From: Candidatus Moraniibacteriota bacterium
GTDB taxonomy: Bacteria > Patescibacteriota > Minisyncoccia > Moranbacterales > UBA1568
Assembly: GCA_008012175.1 (NCBI GenBank)
Contig: SSEF01000020.1
Span: 24,002 to 88,001, forward strand
DNA: 64,000 nt
Reading direction: 5' to 3'
Part shown: piece after piece, positions 16,705 through 26,836 of the stretch
Layout: each line of letters starts with the position of its first letter
Numbering within the stretch: position 1 is the first letter of the stretch
Made by a program: the position numbers and the translations under genes
Notes under the pieces: model-generated
What the model was told of the DNA's origin: nothing
Seen by the model: the letters and a program-made list of their open reading frames with translations, nothing else
Database searches by the model: none

Positions 16705-18148
16705 AGCGTTTGCGTATTTTCTCTAGTCCGAAAAAAACAGCGCCCAAACTGACGTACCAGACTACAGTAAAAACCGGTGAACTGTCGAGACCAGAAAGGG
16801 TTGCCCAGGGGACGCCAGAAAAGATCTCGGCTGAACGAATGATCACCGCGAGCGGTAACCAGGCAAAGGGCAGTACGAGGAAACCGATCGTTGGAATAAA
16901 CGAGGTGAACGCGATAGCTGCAAGACCGGTAAACATGGCGATCGGGACGAGCGGGAGGATGAACGCATTTGCCAATGGGGCGACGAGCGAAAGCGTACCG
17001 AAGGCCCCGACAATGACAGGTAGCGTGAAGAGTTCGATAGTGATAGTCGTCAGGAAAAGCGCAGCTGCCTTGCCATACCAATGATGGAAGAATCCGAAAG
17101 TCTCAAAATGCCGCGCAAAGACAAGGAGTGCCAGGGTCGCGAGGAAAGAGAGCTGAAAACCGACATCATAGCGAATGAGCAGCGGATTTGCTACGAGCAT
17201 AATAGCGCCGGCAATGAGGAGTCCGTTCCATGATGCCGCCGGACGACCGACAAGGTAAGCACCGAAAGCGAGCCAGGCCATAAGCGCGGCGCGGAACGAA
17301 GCAGCTGAGCTGTCGATGACGAGAAGGAAAAAGATAAGCCCAATGACTGCCACTATAACTGCCCAACGCCGCCAAAGCCCGAGGCCAAGAGCGAGAATAA
17401 CGAGTCCCTCCGCAACGATGCTCATGTTGTATCCGGAGACTGCAACAATATGCGATAGTCCCGCGCGAGCAAACGCATCACGGATCTCTGGAACAAGACG
17501 GTCGCCTCCGCCCACGAGAAGGCCTGCAAGGAGTCTGGATTCCGGTTCGGGAAGGAGCGCACTCACCCGGCTTTCAAAATCAGACCGGATCAAGAAGAGT
17601 ATCTGGCGAAAACCGGATACTCCCCTATCTACTGATGCCTCAAAATGGCCACCGCGCTCACACGCATAGCCGATGCCCCGGCTCGCAAGGAACATACGGT
17701 AATCGAAATCCGAAGAAAAATTTTCAGGCCGTTTTAACTGGCAGGAAAAGTCAATCCTCTCGCCAGGCTGCCCAATGAAATCGATCGCAGCACGATACAG
17801 GATATCGCCGCCAGTCCAGTCGTTAGCAACGGGACGAAGCGCTACCGGCTGATAGAACACTCGAGTCTCTCCGCGGTCGATGATTTCGACCAGGCCAGAA
17901 AACTGAACCTCTCCGGCAAGTCCCTGCCAATGTTCGGCTGACCGGGCATACAAAAATATCCCGCCCCAGAAGGCAACCGCAAGCGCGATGCCGTGAAAAA
18001 CCTGCTGGCGTGATGAAATGAGGGCGATGAAAGCGATGCCGCCGGCAGTAAGAAGAAGTCCGATAACAATCGCTTCATGGAACAGCCACGCAGCAAGTCC
18101 CATGCCCGCGATCACTCCAATCGCCACCTCCTTCATCCATTGCGACAT
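16682..18148 (-). CDS. comEC: ComEC/Rec2 DNA-uptake channel, membrane part (DUF4131 plus competence domain). The ORF extends to 18289, but the likely start is the Met at about 18148.
   Basis: It is a highly hydrophobic polytopic protein. LSHIVAVSGYNMSIV is the ComEC competence-domain signature. Confidence 0.72.
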   Translation of the reverse strand: MSQWMKEVAIGVIAGMGLAAWLFHEAIVIGLLLTAGGIAFIALISSRQQVFHGIALAVAFWGGIFLYARSAEHWQGLAGEVQFSGLVEIIDRGETRVFYQPVALRPVANDWTGGDILYRAAIDFIGQPGERIDFSCQLKRPENFSSDFDYRMFLASRGIGYACERGGHFEASVDRGVSGFRQILFLIRSDFESRVSALLPEPESRLLAGLLVGGGDRLVPEIRDAFARAGLSHIVAVSGYNMSIVAEGLVILALGLGLWRRWAVIVAVIGLIFFLLVIDSSAASFRAALMAWLAFGAYLVGRPAASWNGLLIAGAIMLVANPLLIRYDVGFQLSFLATLALLVFARHFETFGFFHHWYGKAAALFLTTITIELFTLPVIVGAFGTLSLVAPLANAFILPLVPIAMFTGLAAIAFTSFIPTIGFLVLPFAWLPLAVIIRSAEIFSGVPWATLSGLDSSPVFTVVWYVSLGAVFFGLEKIRKRYALGMGH

Positions 18149-18191
18149 ATCCCGTCTGCGCTCCTTCCGATACCCAGCAGAAGGTAAAAAA

Positions 18192-18644
18192 TTATTGGTC
18201 GAATTTCTCCAGGACGCGACGAAAACCGCGAGCCGACCCGAACGATTGATATACACTTGCGAAACGGATATAGGCCACCTCATCGACATCCTTCAACTTG
18301 TCGAGAATTATCGTGCCAATATCCCGGCTTGCGATCTGATTTTTCTTCGCTTTCTCAGCGACGGTGTACTCGATCGCACCGATGAGTTTTTCCATCCGGC
18401 CCTGATCAAACGGCCGTTTCTCGAACGCCTTCCGGAGGCCCGTTTCGATCTTCTTCCGATCGTACGGCTGGTGACTACCATCCTTCTTCACGACTGACAC
18501 GCGGAACAGTTCGGCCTGCTCATACGTCGAGAAGCGTGCCTGGCAAGACAGGCACTCGCGGCGGCGGCGGATGACGCGTCCCTCGAGCGTCTCGCGCGAG
18601 TCGGTCACTTTCGATTCCGGATGATTGCAAAACGGGCAGCGCAT
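18192..18644 (-). CDS. nrdR: Transcriptional repressor NrdR
   Basis: 150 aa. MRCPFCNHPESKVTDSRE...RRRECLSC zinc ribbon followed by an ATP-cone. Confidence 0.92.
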   Translation of the reverse strand: MRCPFCNHPESKVTDSRETLEGRVIRRRRECLSCQARFSTYEQAELFRVSVVKKDGSHQPYDRKKIETGLRKAFEKRPFDQGRMEKLIGAIEYTVAEKAKKNQIASRDIGTIILDKLKDVDEVAYIRFASVYQSFGSARGFRRVLEKFDQ

Positions 18645-18759
18645 AGTAAGAAAATAGTGTGTCCCTCACTCTAGCAAATCGGGCTAAAAAGAAAAGGCCG
18701 CCCAGAGTGATACTCAGGCGGCAGAACGTTAGAACACGCAAGAATCGGCACTCTGTGAT

Positions 18760-19728
18760 TCAGAGCCGACGTGGTGGCTTCGGTCTCGGAACAACCGTGA
18801 CCACACGAGGGGCACCCTTTTTGTCAGGATAGTAATCCTTCGAGAGTACAGTCTGATCACAGCGATTCTCAAGCGGACACAGGGCACAGCTCTGTCGATA
18901 GCGTCTGAGTACGGATGGATCACTCCAGTCCGCATCCGGGTCATTGACTGCTAGGCGGCATGCCTCGCGCGAGAGCACGAAGAGGAGCTCCGAAAACAGT
19001 ACCGGGTCCATATCAAGAAATTGGTCAAGATATGACCGACCGATAGCGTCCCCAACCGCTAGGATCGGCTTCGGCGAATACGAACCCTCTGAGAGCCCGA
19101 TCATGCCCGTACTGATGAGCACTCGCAAGTGATGAAAGTCCACTGGAAACGACATGCTAATCCGCGGAATGAATCCCGCCCGCATGAGGTTGATGGAGAG
19201 GAGCGCGCACATCTTTTCCTTGAATGCGTAGAAGCCCCGATCCCGCGGCAGGAGATCATATCGCTCCTTATTTATCACCCGGGCCCGCACTTCGGCCTCA
19301 GTCGTCACCCCCTCATACACGTTGAGGATATCGCCATCCCAACCAGCAATGAGAGTTTCAGAGTTGCGCCGCCAAGCCTCACCATAACGTTGATGCTCCG
19401 GCACCGTCACGAACACATACTCAAGCCGCCGATCAATTTCAGACGCCGAGAGCTTGGCCGCACGGTATGGATCAAAGAGTTCGGGATATTTCTTCCGAAG
19501 CTCGATCGCCCGCGCAGTCGCCATATGACTCCGCACCTTCCCCCGAAGGAGATGAGTGACAAAGAACCAGTCATTGGCTGTCCAATCAGAAAGATCTTTC
19601 GGATCCACCATATGGTGGGGTACTCTGGCCAGATGTTCTGGTAGATAAGGAAACTCGTAGTCTTCACGAGCCGGAATAAGAAGGGCGAAATTACCACGGA
19701 CCCTTCGCCAATTGGTAACGATCTCCAC
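18760..19728 (-). CDS. Hypothetical protein with a C-terminal Cys cluster (CxxCx5C)
   Basis: 322 aa. No family is confidently recognised. The C-terminal SCALCPLENRC resembles the last three Cys of an Fe-S cluster loop. Confidence 0.45.
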   Translation of the reverse strand: MEIVTNWRRVRGNFALLIPAREDYEFPYLPEHLARVPHHMVDPKDLSDWTANDWFFVTHLLRGKVRSHMATARAIELRKKYPELFDPYRAAKLSASEIDRRLEYVFVTVPEHQRYGEAWRRNSETLIAGWDGDILNVYEGVTTEAEVRARVINKERYDLLPRDRGFYAFKEKMCALLSINLMRAGFIPRISMSFPVDFHHLRVLISTGMIGLSEGSYSPKPILAVGDAIGRSYLDQFLDMDPVLFSELLFVLSREACRLAVNDPDADWSDPSVLRRYRQSCALCPLENRCDQTVLSKDYYPDKKGAPRVVTVVPRPKPPRRL

Positions 19729-19896
19729 GATACCCCCCTTCGGAAGCAGTTTGGTTGCCTCTGATTATACCGGAAAAATGCCTGTTGGCAAGAGTAGCCT
19801 CTGGGAGAAGAAATCTAGCGTTCTCCCTTTGATAGAAAAGAGTTGCTTCCGAAAACCCGAGGAACGCCCTGGGTAGATCGACGGGCAAGAAGACCG

Positions 19897-21093
19897 TTAC
19901 TGCTTTCGGATGGTCAGAGACCGCATCAGAGCATTCAGCTGGTTGGGACTCGGGTCCAGATCACCATCCTTCCGCAAAAGATCAAACGAGCCCTCGATGC
20001 AGTCCTTTTCAAAACAATGCTCGTCCTTTCTGAGGTATTCTCGCAGCGCTTCCGAATAGAGCTCCTGTTGGAAATAGGCAAAGAACTTACCATCCTTCGA
20101 TATGCCCTGGAAGATATAGGTCGGCTGCTGCGCCGGGTCATAGGCCTGGAAATATCCTGCGTGGAGGTAGCCAACCCCATCGAAGTAGTCGCCCCGGATG
20201 ATTTGGTCCCGGTCGAGGCGACGCATCCCGGCATTGACCGGAGGAAAAGAAAAGAGTTTGCTCTCATCATCGGAAGAAAGTTTCTTACTGCCTCTGAGGT
20301 ACTGCTCCAACTTCAGGATATGCTCATAGAAATACGGGAGCGGCTCGCCGTTGCGGTGGCGCGCGAGCGCGCTGATATCGTAGATGCGGAGTTCACCTTC
20401 GGTACGAATTAACTCGTCTTCAAATTTCGTCCGCAGATAGCCGGGCTCATCGAGTTGCCATGGGACTTGCTTGTCTTCCAGATTGCCCGACGAAGGCCTC
20501 ACTGTCTCGGCATTGCTCGGGCCCCCACCTTTCCAGAGGATGTCTTCGCGGATGAGCCGCGTCTCCCCGAGGAGCTCTCTGTCATAGGCAGACACCTCGA
20601 CGAATTCTTTGTGTGGCGTATCCAGTATCTCGATGGTAACGAGTTCCTTCCCCGGTTTTTCGGGGACATAGGCCGCCACATACAGGTTCATCCCCGCTTC
20701 GGTCTGAGGCGTCGTCGCGAGCACGCGCTCGCCACTGGCTCCCGACACCGTGATGCGCACCTGGGCCGGATCGAATTTTGCGAATTCGTTCACGCCCGCC
20801 CCGATCGGGACACTCGTCCCCGTCGCAACCGTCATCTGCACTGGCGTATCATCATGGTCCGTCGGCGGTGAATACCCCCACTGGTCGAGGAGGAACCAGT
20901 AGCTCGGCGGCAGGCTCGCCGTATATGCGGCGGCCCCGGTGAGTTCTTGTCCTGCCTGATCGGTGACCGGCTCGATCACGGGCGTGTTCTGGTCGAGGAG
21001 CGAGGCGGAGTAGAGGAAAACGCCAGCGAGCACGAGTATCGTCAGTCCGGCGAAAAGGATTTTCTTTTGTTTCTGTTCGGCTTCCATGACCAC
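19897..21093 (-). CDS. Hypothetical membrane-anchored or secreted protein
   Basis: 398 aa. N-terminal signal anchor ILFAGLTILVLAGVFLY. No recognised domain. Confidence 0.5.
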   Translation of the reverse strand: MVMEAEQKQKKILFAGLTILVLAGVFLYSASLLDQNTPVIEPVTDQAGQELTGAAAYTASLPPSYWFLLDQWGYSPPTDHDDTPVQMTVATGTSVPIGAGVNEFAKFDPAQVRITVSGASGERVLATTPQTEAGMNLYVAAYVPEKPGKELVTIEILDTPHKEFVEVSAYDRELLGETRLIREDILWKGGGPSNAETVRPSSGNLEDKQVPWQLDEPGYLRTKFEDELIRTEGELRIYDISALARHRNGEPLPYFYEHILKLEQYLRGSKKLSSDDESKLFSFPPVNAGMRRLDRDQIIRGDYFDGVGYLHAGYFQAYDPAQQPTYIFQGISKDGKFFAYFQQELYSEALREYLRKDEHCFEKDCIEGSFDLLRKDGDLDPSPNQLNALMRSLTIRKQ

Positions 21094-21378
21094 TTAAGAA
21101 TTTGTTTTCCTAACAATTTCTTTTATTAGTTTAAACGCTGGCTTATAGATCGATAATAGTATTGCATCACAGTATCCATTATTCTTCTTTATTGTACCTT
21201 TCCACTTTGATCTCTGCATAGTAAATAAGATTTTTTGGAATGTCCTATACTTTTTCTGCTCAGCTAAGTTTTTTTCACGCTGTGCCAAATGCTCAAACAA
21301 TTCGAGTCGGTAAAGCTCCCCGTCGTAGTAATTTCTGTCGTGCACATGGCTACCTCTAGTATTAATTAGTGGCTCCAA
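21094..21378 (-). CDS. Hypothetical protein (AT-rich ORFan, Lys-rich)
   Basis: 94-aa ORF in a ~35% GC island. It overlaps the preceding ORF by 13 nt. Confidence 0.35.
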   Translation of the reverse strand: MEPLINTRGSHVHDRNYYDGELYRLELFEHLAQREKNLAEQKKYRTFQKILFTMQRSKWKGTIKKNNGYCDAILLSIYKPAFKLIKEIVRKTNS

Positions 21379-21848
21379 AGTTTTTGAAAATCCTTTAGAG
21401 CATCCTTCAGTTCCATTTCTAAGGCAGCGCTACAGTCGAGCTTTCTAGATTCTCTTCTTAGAAAAGAAACGAGTTTTTCAGCTCGCTTTTCAAAAATATA
21501 AACGGAGGAGAGATAATTTCCAATATGGTAAATGAACTGCTGGATTCTAGACATTCCATCTTTCCTTTTCTCTAACCCCCGTTGATACGAAGACATTATT
21601 ATAGGAAACCTCTCAAGCTGGGTTCGAGCAGACTCTAGTTGAGCAACCCTGTGACCGAACTCCTGCAACACCCGCTCTTTGTTTGTCAGTGGGAAGTTAA
21701 CGTCTTTCTCATCATGAGTTGAAATTGACTTGATAACTGATTTGGTAACACGTTTACTAGAAAAGAAATGATCAACTATAGCATTTTTTTCTTTCTTCCA
21801 TTTTTCAAAACTTTCTCTTTCTTTTTTCTCTTTTTCCTTTTGATTCAT
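21366..21848 (-). CDS. Hypothetical protein (AT-rich ORFan, Lys/Glu-rich)
   Basis: 160-aa ORF in a ~35% GC island immediately downstream of ftsZ. Confidence 0.4.
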   Translation of the reverse strand: MNQKEKEKKERESFEKWKKEKNAIVDHFFSSKRVTKSVIKSISTHDEKDVNFPLTNKERVLQEFGHRVAQLESARTQLERFPIIMSSYQRGLEKRKDGMSRIQQFIYHIGNYLSSVYIFEKRAEKLVSFLRRESRKLDCSAALEMELKDALKDFQKLWSH

Positions 21849-21892
21849 AGGATTTCCATAATATACAAAAAGCGCCCCGTAGGGCGCTTGGA

Positions 21893-23167
21893 TTATTTCT
21901 TCATCTTGCGGCGGATGAAGGCCGGGATCTCCAGGTCTTCTTCCTCGACGATGTCCTTGGACTCCTGCCGGAGGCTGAACGACTTCGGCTGGATCTTCTC
22001 TTCGATGATGAGCGGGGTCGGCTCGATCTTGCGCGACGTAAAGACTTGCGGCTCGTTCATTTCTTCCATCTCCTCGGCCGGCTCCTCGCGGCGATAGCTC
22101 GGGGTGTAGGACGCCGGAGTCTGGTTCTGCGGCTGGTTCTGCTGAGTGAGGGAACCGATAGTCGGGCTCTTGGCGCGGTTCACGAGGCCGATCGGCATCT
22201 CCTTTATCTTGCCTGAGTCGAAGCCAGTCGCCACGACCGTGATCTGGATATCGCCTTTCCGAATCTGCTCGTCCACGACGGCGCCGAAGATGACTTTCGC
22301 GTTCGGATCGATGTTTTCGGTGATGATATTGGCCGCCTCGTTGATCTCAAGCATCCCGATATCAGTCGAGCCAGAGATATTGAAGAGTACGCCCTTGGCC
22401 CCGTCGATCGAGAGCTCGAGGAGCGGGCTGTTGATAGCAGCGCGGGCCGCCTCGACGGCGCGGTTTTCACCGCTCGCGATACCGATACCCATGAGGGCGC
22501 TGCCAGAGTCCTGCATGATGGCACGGACGTCCGCAAAATCGACGTTCACGATACCGGGGCGGGTGATGAGGTCCGAGATGCCCTGCACGCCCTGGCGGAG
22601 CACGTCATCCACGATACGGAAGGCTGAGATAAGAGTGGTTTTTCGGTCAATGATAGAGAGGAGCTTGTCGTTCGGGATGGTGATGAGGGTGTCGACGCGA
22701 TCCTTCAGATTATTGAGTGCTTCCTCAGCGATAGCCCGGCGCTGCGAACCCTCGAAGGCAAACGGGCGCGTGACGACGCCAACGGTGAGCGCGCCGAGCT
22801 CCTTCGCCGTTTCTGCGACGATCGGGGCCGCACCGGAACCAGTGCCTCCGCCGAGGCCACAAGCAACGAACACCATATCGGCGCCCTTCAAGACTTCCTG
22901 GATCTCATCGCGGTTTTCCTCCGCCGCCTGGCGACCGATTTCCGGATTCATGCCGGCGCCGAGACCTTTGGTTAAGTTTTTTCCAATATGAACCTTCTCT
23001 TGGGCCTTTGAATGATGGAGTGCCTGCGCATCGGTATTGATAGCAACGAACTCGACGCCCTTGATCTTGGCATCAATCATCCGCGAAATCGCATTGTTCC
23101 CAGAGCCACCAACACCAACGACTTTGATTTTGGCAAATGTTTCGATGTCAGGTTTGATCTCGGCCAT
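21893..23167 (-). CDS. ftsZ: Cell division GTPase FtsZ
   Basis: 424 aa. Tubulin signature [10 protein letters not shown], and N-terminal [15 protein letters not shown]. Confidence 0.97.
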   Translation of the reverse strand: MAEIKPDIETFAKIKVVGVGGSGNNAISRMIDAKIKGVEFVAINTDAQALHHSKAQEKVHIGKNLTKGLGAGMNPEIGRQAAEENRDEIQEVLKGADMVFVACGLGGGTGSGAAPIVAETAKELGALTVGVVTRPFAFEGSQRRAIAEEALNNLKDRVDTLITIPNDKLLSIIDRKTTLISAFRIVDDVLRQGVQGISDLITRPGIVNVDFADVRAIMQDSGSALMGIGIASGENRAVEAARAAINSPLLELSIDGAKGVLFNISGSTDIGMLEINEAANIITENIDPNAKVIFGAVVDEQIRKGDIQITVVATGFDSGKIKEMPIGLVNRAKSPTIGSLTQQNQPQNQTPASYTPSYRREEPAEEMEEMNEPQVFTSRKIEPTPLIIEEKIQPKSFSLRQESKDIVEEEDLEIPAFIRRKMKK

Positions 23168-23301
23168 AGGGGCTCAAAGTCTAGCAATCGCCTAATTAGA
23201 AAAACATCCCGCGGACGCCGGGAGAAAGACGGGCACCACCCGGAGAAACGCTTGATGCACCACTCTATCACGCGGAATTGTGAAGTGTCAAGAAAGCAAT
23301 T

Positions 23302-24570
23302 TCAGGGAAGAAATCGCCTAAAAACCCCTTTGGCCCTGCTGAATGTGCTGCTCCAATCCCCTGGCAACTTATTCAGAAGTTGCGAAGCGGCACCAAAAGA
23401 GAAGCGATCATTCATGTCGTTCTCTTCAGCTGAAAGAAGTAGCAATCCGACGACCGTCGCCGAGGCGGGCCCATCCACATGATCGAGAATGCCGCCCAAA
23501 GGCTTTGGATAACCGATCTGAGCCGGAAGCCGCAAGGTTCGCTTGGCGAGTTCGACCGCACCCGGAACGAGCACACCGCCGCCGGTAAGAACAACTCCGG
23601 CCGGGAGCAGCGCTTCACGATTGATGCTCTTGAGTTCGAGATTCACGTAGTGGAAAATTTCTTCGAGCCGTGCCTCGATGATCTCGGATACATGGTGACG
23701 CGAAATTTCGTCATTCTCCTGAGAATCGAATTCTGAAAGCGGGATCGATTCCTTCTTACTGATCTCGGAAGGAATCGCGTGTCCGTACTGGAGCTTCACC
23801 GCTTCAGCAACATCGATCGAGGTCCGGAGACCAATTGCGATATCGCTTGTAATATGGCTGCCACCAACCGGGAGCACTGCAAGATGAAGCAGGTCTCCAT
23901 CTTCGAAAATGGCAAGGGATGTTGTATTGGCGCCAATATTCACGATGACAACGCCGAGCTCTTTCTGTTTTGCGCTCAGGATAGCCTCGGCTGAAGCGAG
24001 CGGTTCAGCGATAAAGTGACGGGCCGAGATGCCAGAAAGCTCGAGCGATCGGATGAGGTTTTTGAGATGATTACTCCCCGTCCCAATAACAAGACTTGAG
24101 AGCTCGAGCCGAACCCCTCGAAGACCAACAGGGTCTTTGATTCCTCCCTGATCATCAAGCCGGTAGTGTTGCGGAACGACATGCAAAATCTCCTTGTTCG
24201 GTCCGAGGACGGTGCGCGCCTGGGTTTCTTCGATAATGCGGGACAGATCGTCCTCTGTCACTTCGCCGTCTGCCTTTCCGACTGCAATGACCCCGATGGC
24301 TGAACTCGCAAAAAGATCAGCGCCGGAAACAGAACATGCAACCGCATCAACTGCCGTGCCTGCCATGCGTTCAGCTGCTTCAAGCGCGGCATTAATGGAC
24401 TTGGCCACCTCCTCCGGCTGAACAACAATCCCTCGACGGATACCAACGGACGGCGCAGTTCCAACTCCGATGACTTTTAATGGTCCGTCATCATACGGAA
24501 GCTCGGCAACAACCGCACGGATTGTTGCGGAACCGATGTCGAGTCCGACAGTGTAGTGTGATTTCGCCAT
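23302..24570 (-). CDS. ftsA: Cell division protein FtsA
   Basis: 422 aa. Actin-like ATPase: VGLDIGSATIRAVV and VVTGGGVLVPG. It sits immediately upstream of ftsZ. Confidence 0.92.
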   Translation of the reverse strand: MAKSHYTVGLDIGSATIRAVVAELPYDDGPLKVIGVGTAPSVGIRRGIVVQPEEVAKSINAALEAAERMAGTAVDAVACSVSGADLFASSAIGVIAVGKADGEVTEDDLSRIIEETQARTVLGPNKEILHVVPQHYRLDDQGGIKDPVGLRGVRLELSSLVIGTGSNHLKNLIRSLELSGISARHFIAEPLASAEAILSAKQKELGVVIVNIGANTTSLAIFEDGDLLHLAVLPVGGSHITSDIAIGLRTSIDVAEAVKLQYGHAIPSEISKKESIPLSEFDSQENDEISRHHVSEIIEARLEEIFHYVNLELKSINREALLPAGVVLTGGGVLVPGAVELAKRTLRLPAQIGYPKPLGGILDHVDGPASATVVGLLLLSAEENDMNDRFSFGAASQLLNKLPGDWSSTFSRAKGVFRRFLP

Positions 24571-24663
24571 AGGCCATTTAACAGCACCAAAAGAGGCAGA
24601 GCGAGAAAACGCTCATGCGGCTCATTATACAGGAAGAAAAAGATACCGGCCACCGCCTCGCAC

Positions 24664-25011
24664 CTACGTGATGTGAGGAATGAAGACAAGTAAGCCGACA
24701 ATCAGGGCTCCAAGCGCCGAAATCAGCACCGCACCAGCGACAAGGTCCTTGATAACTCGAACATACGGATGCACGCGCGGCTTTGTCATATCGAGCATCC
24801 GTTCGAATGATGTATTTACTAGTTCAAGCGACATGACTAGAACGGTAACCAACACTAGGATGGATCGTTCATCGGATGTTAAGGGAAAATACCAGGCAAG
24901 AAACCCGACTACCAACGCAAATGCGAACTCAATATGGAAATTCCTCTCCTCCCGGATGGCATAGCTTATGCCGGCAAAGGCGTGATAAAAGCTTTGGAAA
25001 AATTTACGCAT
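24664..25011 (-). CDS. dgkA: Diacylglycerol/undecaprenol kinase DgkA. The ORF extends to 25320, but the conserved domain and likely start begin at Met 25011.
   Basis: MRKFFQSFYHAFAGISYAIREERNFHIEFAFALVV...ELVNTSFERMLD is the prokaryotic DAGK signature. Confidence 0.8.
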   Translation of the reverse strand: MRKFFQSFYHAFAGISYAIREERNFHIEFAFALVVGFLAWYFPLTSDERSILVLVTVLVMSLELVNTSFERMLDMTKPRVHPYVRVIKDLVAGAVLISALGALIVGLLVFIPHIT

Positions 25012-25036
25012 AGCAGTGAGTTTTCTTCTTTGTTCA

Positions 25037-25498
25037 TCAACGGTCCGGCGAAAAAGCGTCGACCACGTCGTCCTGAATCTGAAACATCTGCTCCTCATGA
25101 TCGAAACCGACCAAATGAAGAACGCCATGCGAGAAGACATAGGTGAACTCGCGCTTCCATGATACACCATCCTCCTTAGCCGAACGAGCGATAAACTCCG
25201 GCGAGAGCACAATCTGGCCGAGATTGATCGGACCGGCCGGAGCCGCGAGGATAGCCCGGAGCCCTTCGAACTGTCCGAAAGAAAGAACATCGGTCGGTTT
25301 CGCTTTCTTGCGATAGTCACCGTTTAGCTTGGCGATCTCGGTATCGGAGACGCAGGCAACGTCAACCTTGACCGTCCGGGCTGCATCAAAGACCTGCGGG
25401 AACGAGCGCTCGAGCGTCTCGCGGACGATTGCCCGGAGAAAAGAAAGCGAGAGCCCGCGCAGGCTCCCCTCTCCATGGATCGTCATCCGGATCCGCAT
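25037..25498 (-). CDS. ybeY: Endoribonuclease YbeY (rRNA maturation)
   Basis: 153 aa. Zinc motif HGVLHLVGFDHE. Confidence 0.88.
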   Translation of the reverse strand: MRIRMTIHGEGSLRGLSLSFLRAIVRETLERSFPQVFDAARTVKVDVACVSDTEIAKLNGDYRKKAKPTDVLSFGQFEGLRAILAAPAGPINLGQIVLSPEFIARSAKEDGVSWKREFTYVFSHGVLHLVGFDHEEQMFQIQDDVVDAFSPDR

Positions 25499-25504
25499 AA
25501 CGCG

Positions 25505-25957
25505 CTATTTCAATTTAGCCGAGACGAGTTCTCGGACCAGGTTACCATCAGCGGCACCGACCGTTTCCTTCATGACAGCGCCCATGACGCGGCCCATGTC
25601 TTTGACCGTGGCGTCCGGCATCGCCGCGAGAACTTTCTCCACTGCTGCCTCGACCGCTTCGCGCGAGAGCTGTGCCGGGAGATAGGCTTCAATGAAGACG
25701 AGCTCGGCTCGCTCTTTCTCGACGAGGTCGGCGCGGCCGGCGGCCTGGTACTGAGCAATGCTGTCCTTTCGCTGCTTCACGAGCTTCTTGGCGACCGCCT
25801 CAACTTCGGCATCGGTGAATTCAGCCACCGGCTTCCGGGCCTCGATGGCAGCATTCTTGAGCGCGCTCTGGAAGAACCGGAGCGTATCGCGCTTCACGAC
25901 CTCGCCTGCCTTCATGGCAGCCTTCAACTCGTCGCCAATCTGTGTGATAAGAGCCAT
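25505..25957 (-). CDS. GatB/YqeY domain protein. The ORF extends to 26110, but the likely start is Met 25957.
   Basis: ALITQIGDELKAAMKAGEVVKRDTLRFFQSALKNAAIE... is typical of the YqeY family. Confidence 0.75.
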   Translation of the reverse strand: MALITQIGDELKAAMKAGEVVKRDTLRFFQSALKNAAIEARKPVAEFTDAEVEAVAKKLVKQRKDSIAQYQAAGRADLVEKERAELVFIEAYLPAQLSREAVEAAVEKVLAAMPDATVKDMGRVMGAVMKETVGAADGNLVRELVSAKLK

Positions 25958-26114
25958 AGGCTTCTTTGGTATAAAAAATTTTCTCATCTCGGGTGGATGT
26001 ATCCGTTTGGGCGGGATGCGAGGCGGCGGCGAGGCGCGGAGTAAGCTGTATTCGGGAATACAGTATCGAGCACCAGAGCCGCCAACGACGCAGCCCGCCA
26101 AACGGGACATTCAC

Positions 26115-26366
26115 CTAGCGGATCTTCTTCTTGATGTCGCGGAGGGCTTCATCATCGAAGCGGCCGAGCTTCTTCAAGCGATTGATTTCCTTGCGGATCT
26201 TCACTTTATAGAGCGCTTCATCGCGACGCTTCGGACGGCTCTGCTCTTCCTCGCGGAAGCGCAATTTTCGGACGCGCTTCAGGACGCCGGACTGCTGGAC
26301 ACGGCGGGAAAACCGGCGAATGAGCGCTTCGGCCGTCTCTTTCTCTTTTCGTTGGATATAGATCAT
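26115..26366 (-). CDS. rpsU: 30S ribosomal protein S21
   Basis: 83 aa and very basic. EALIRRFSRRVQQSGVLKRVRKLRFREE matches the S21 pattern. Confidence 0.8.
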   Translation of the reverse strand: MIYIQRKEKETAEALIRRFSRRVQQSGVLKRVRKLRFREEEQSRPKRRDEALYKVKIRKEINRLKKLGRFDDEALRDIKKKIR

Positions 26367-26462
26367 AAGGACCTCCTTTCTGGTCTGACGCGATTACTCT
26401 TCGAGAGAGCTCGCGTGCCCGGGCTCGTTCCAGGACGGAACGGGTGCGGACACGGGAATCCT

Positions 26463-26816
26463 CTATTTGCTGACTGGACGGATGCTCTCGGTGAGCCGCG
26501 CCCCGCCGAAGAGGTGGAGGTGGAGGTGTTGGACCTCCTGCCCCCCATGCTCCCCCACGCGAAAGAGCAGCTTATACCCTTTTTCCGAAATTTTCAAGTC
26601 TCGAGCGATATCCCGGGCGATCCGGAACATCTTTCCTACAATCTTTTCATCCTCGTCCTCCATCTCGGCGATCGAAACGATCCGCTTCTTCGGGACAATA
26701 AGGACGTGCACCGGGGTCGAACGATCGACATCAGGAAACGCCATGACTTCATCGTCTTCATAGAGAAAGGTGGCTGGGATCTCCCGGTCGCGGATTTTCT
26801 CGAAGACAGTCTTCAT
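26463..26816 (-). CDS. HIT-family (histidine triad) nucleotide-binding protein
   Basis: 117 aa. HVLIVPK and the HLHLHLFGG histidine triad. Confidence 0.82.
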   Translation of the reverse strand: MKTVFEKIRDREIPATFLYEDDEVMAFPDVDRSTPVHVLIVPKKRIVSIAEMEDEDEKIVGKMFRIARDIARDLKISEKGYKLLFRVGEHGGQEVQHLHLHLFGGARLTESIRPVSK

Positions 26817-26836
26817 ATGCTTGTTATTTGTCTCGC

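Noticed and set aside
16668-17081. 137-aa ORF in a second frame inside the comEC membrane region
   Set aside because: It is fully embedded in the comEC coding sequence on the same strand. It has no independent support.
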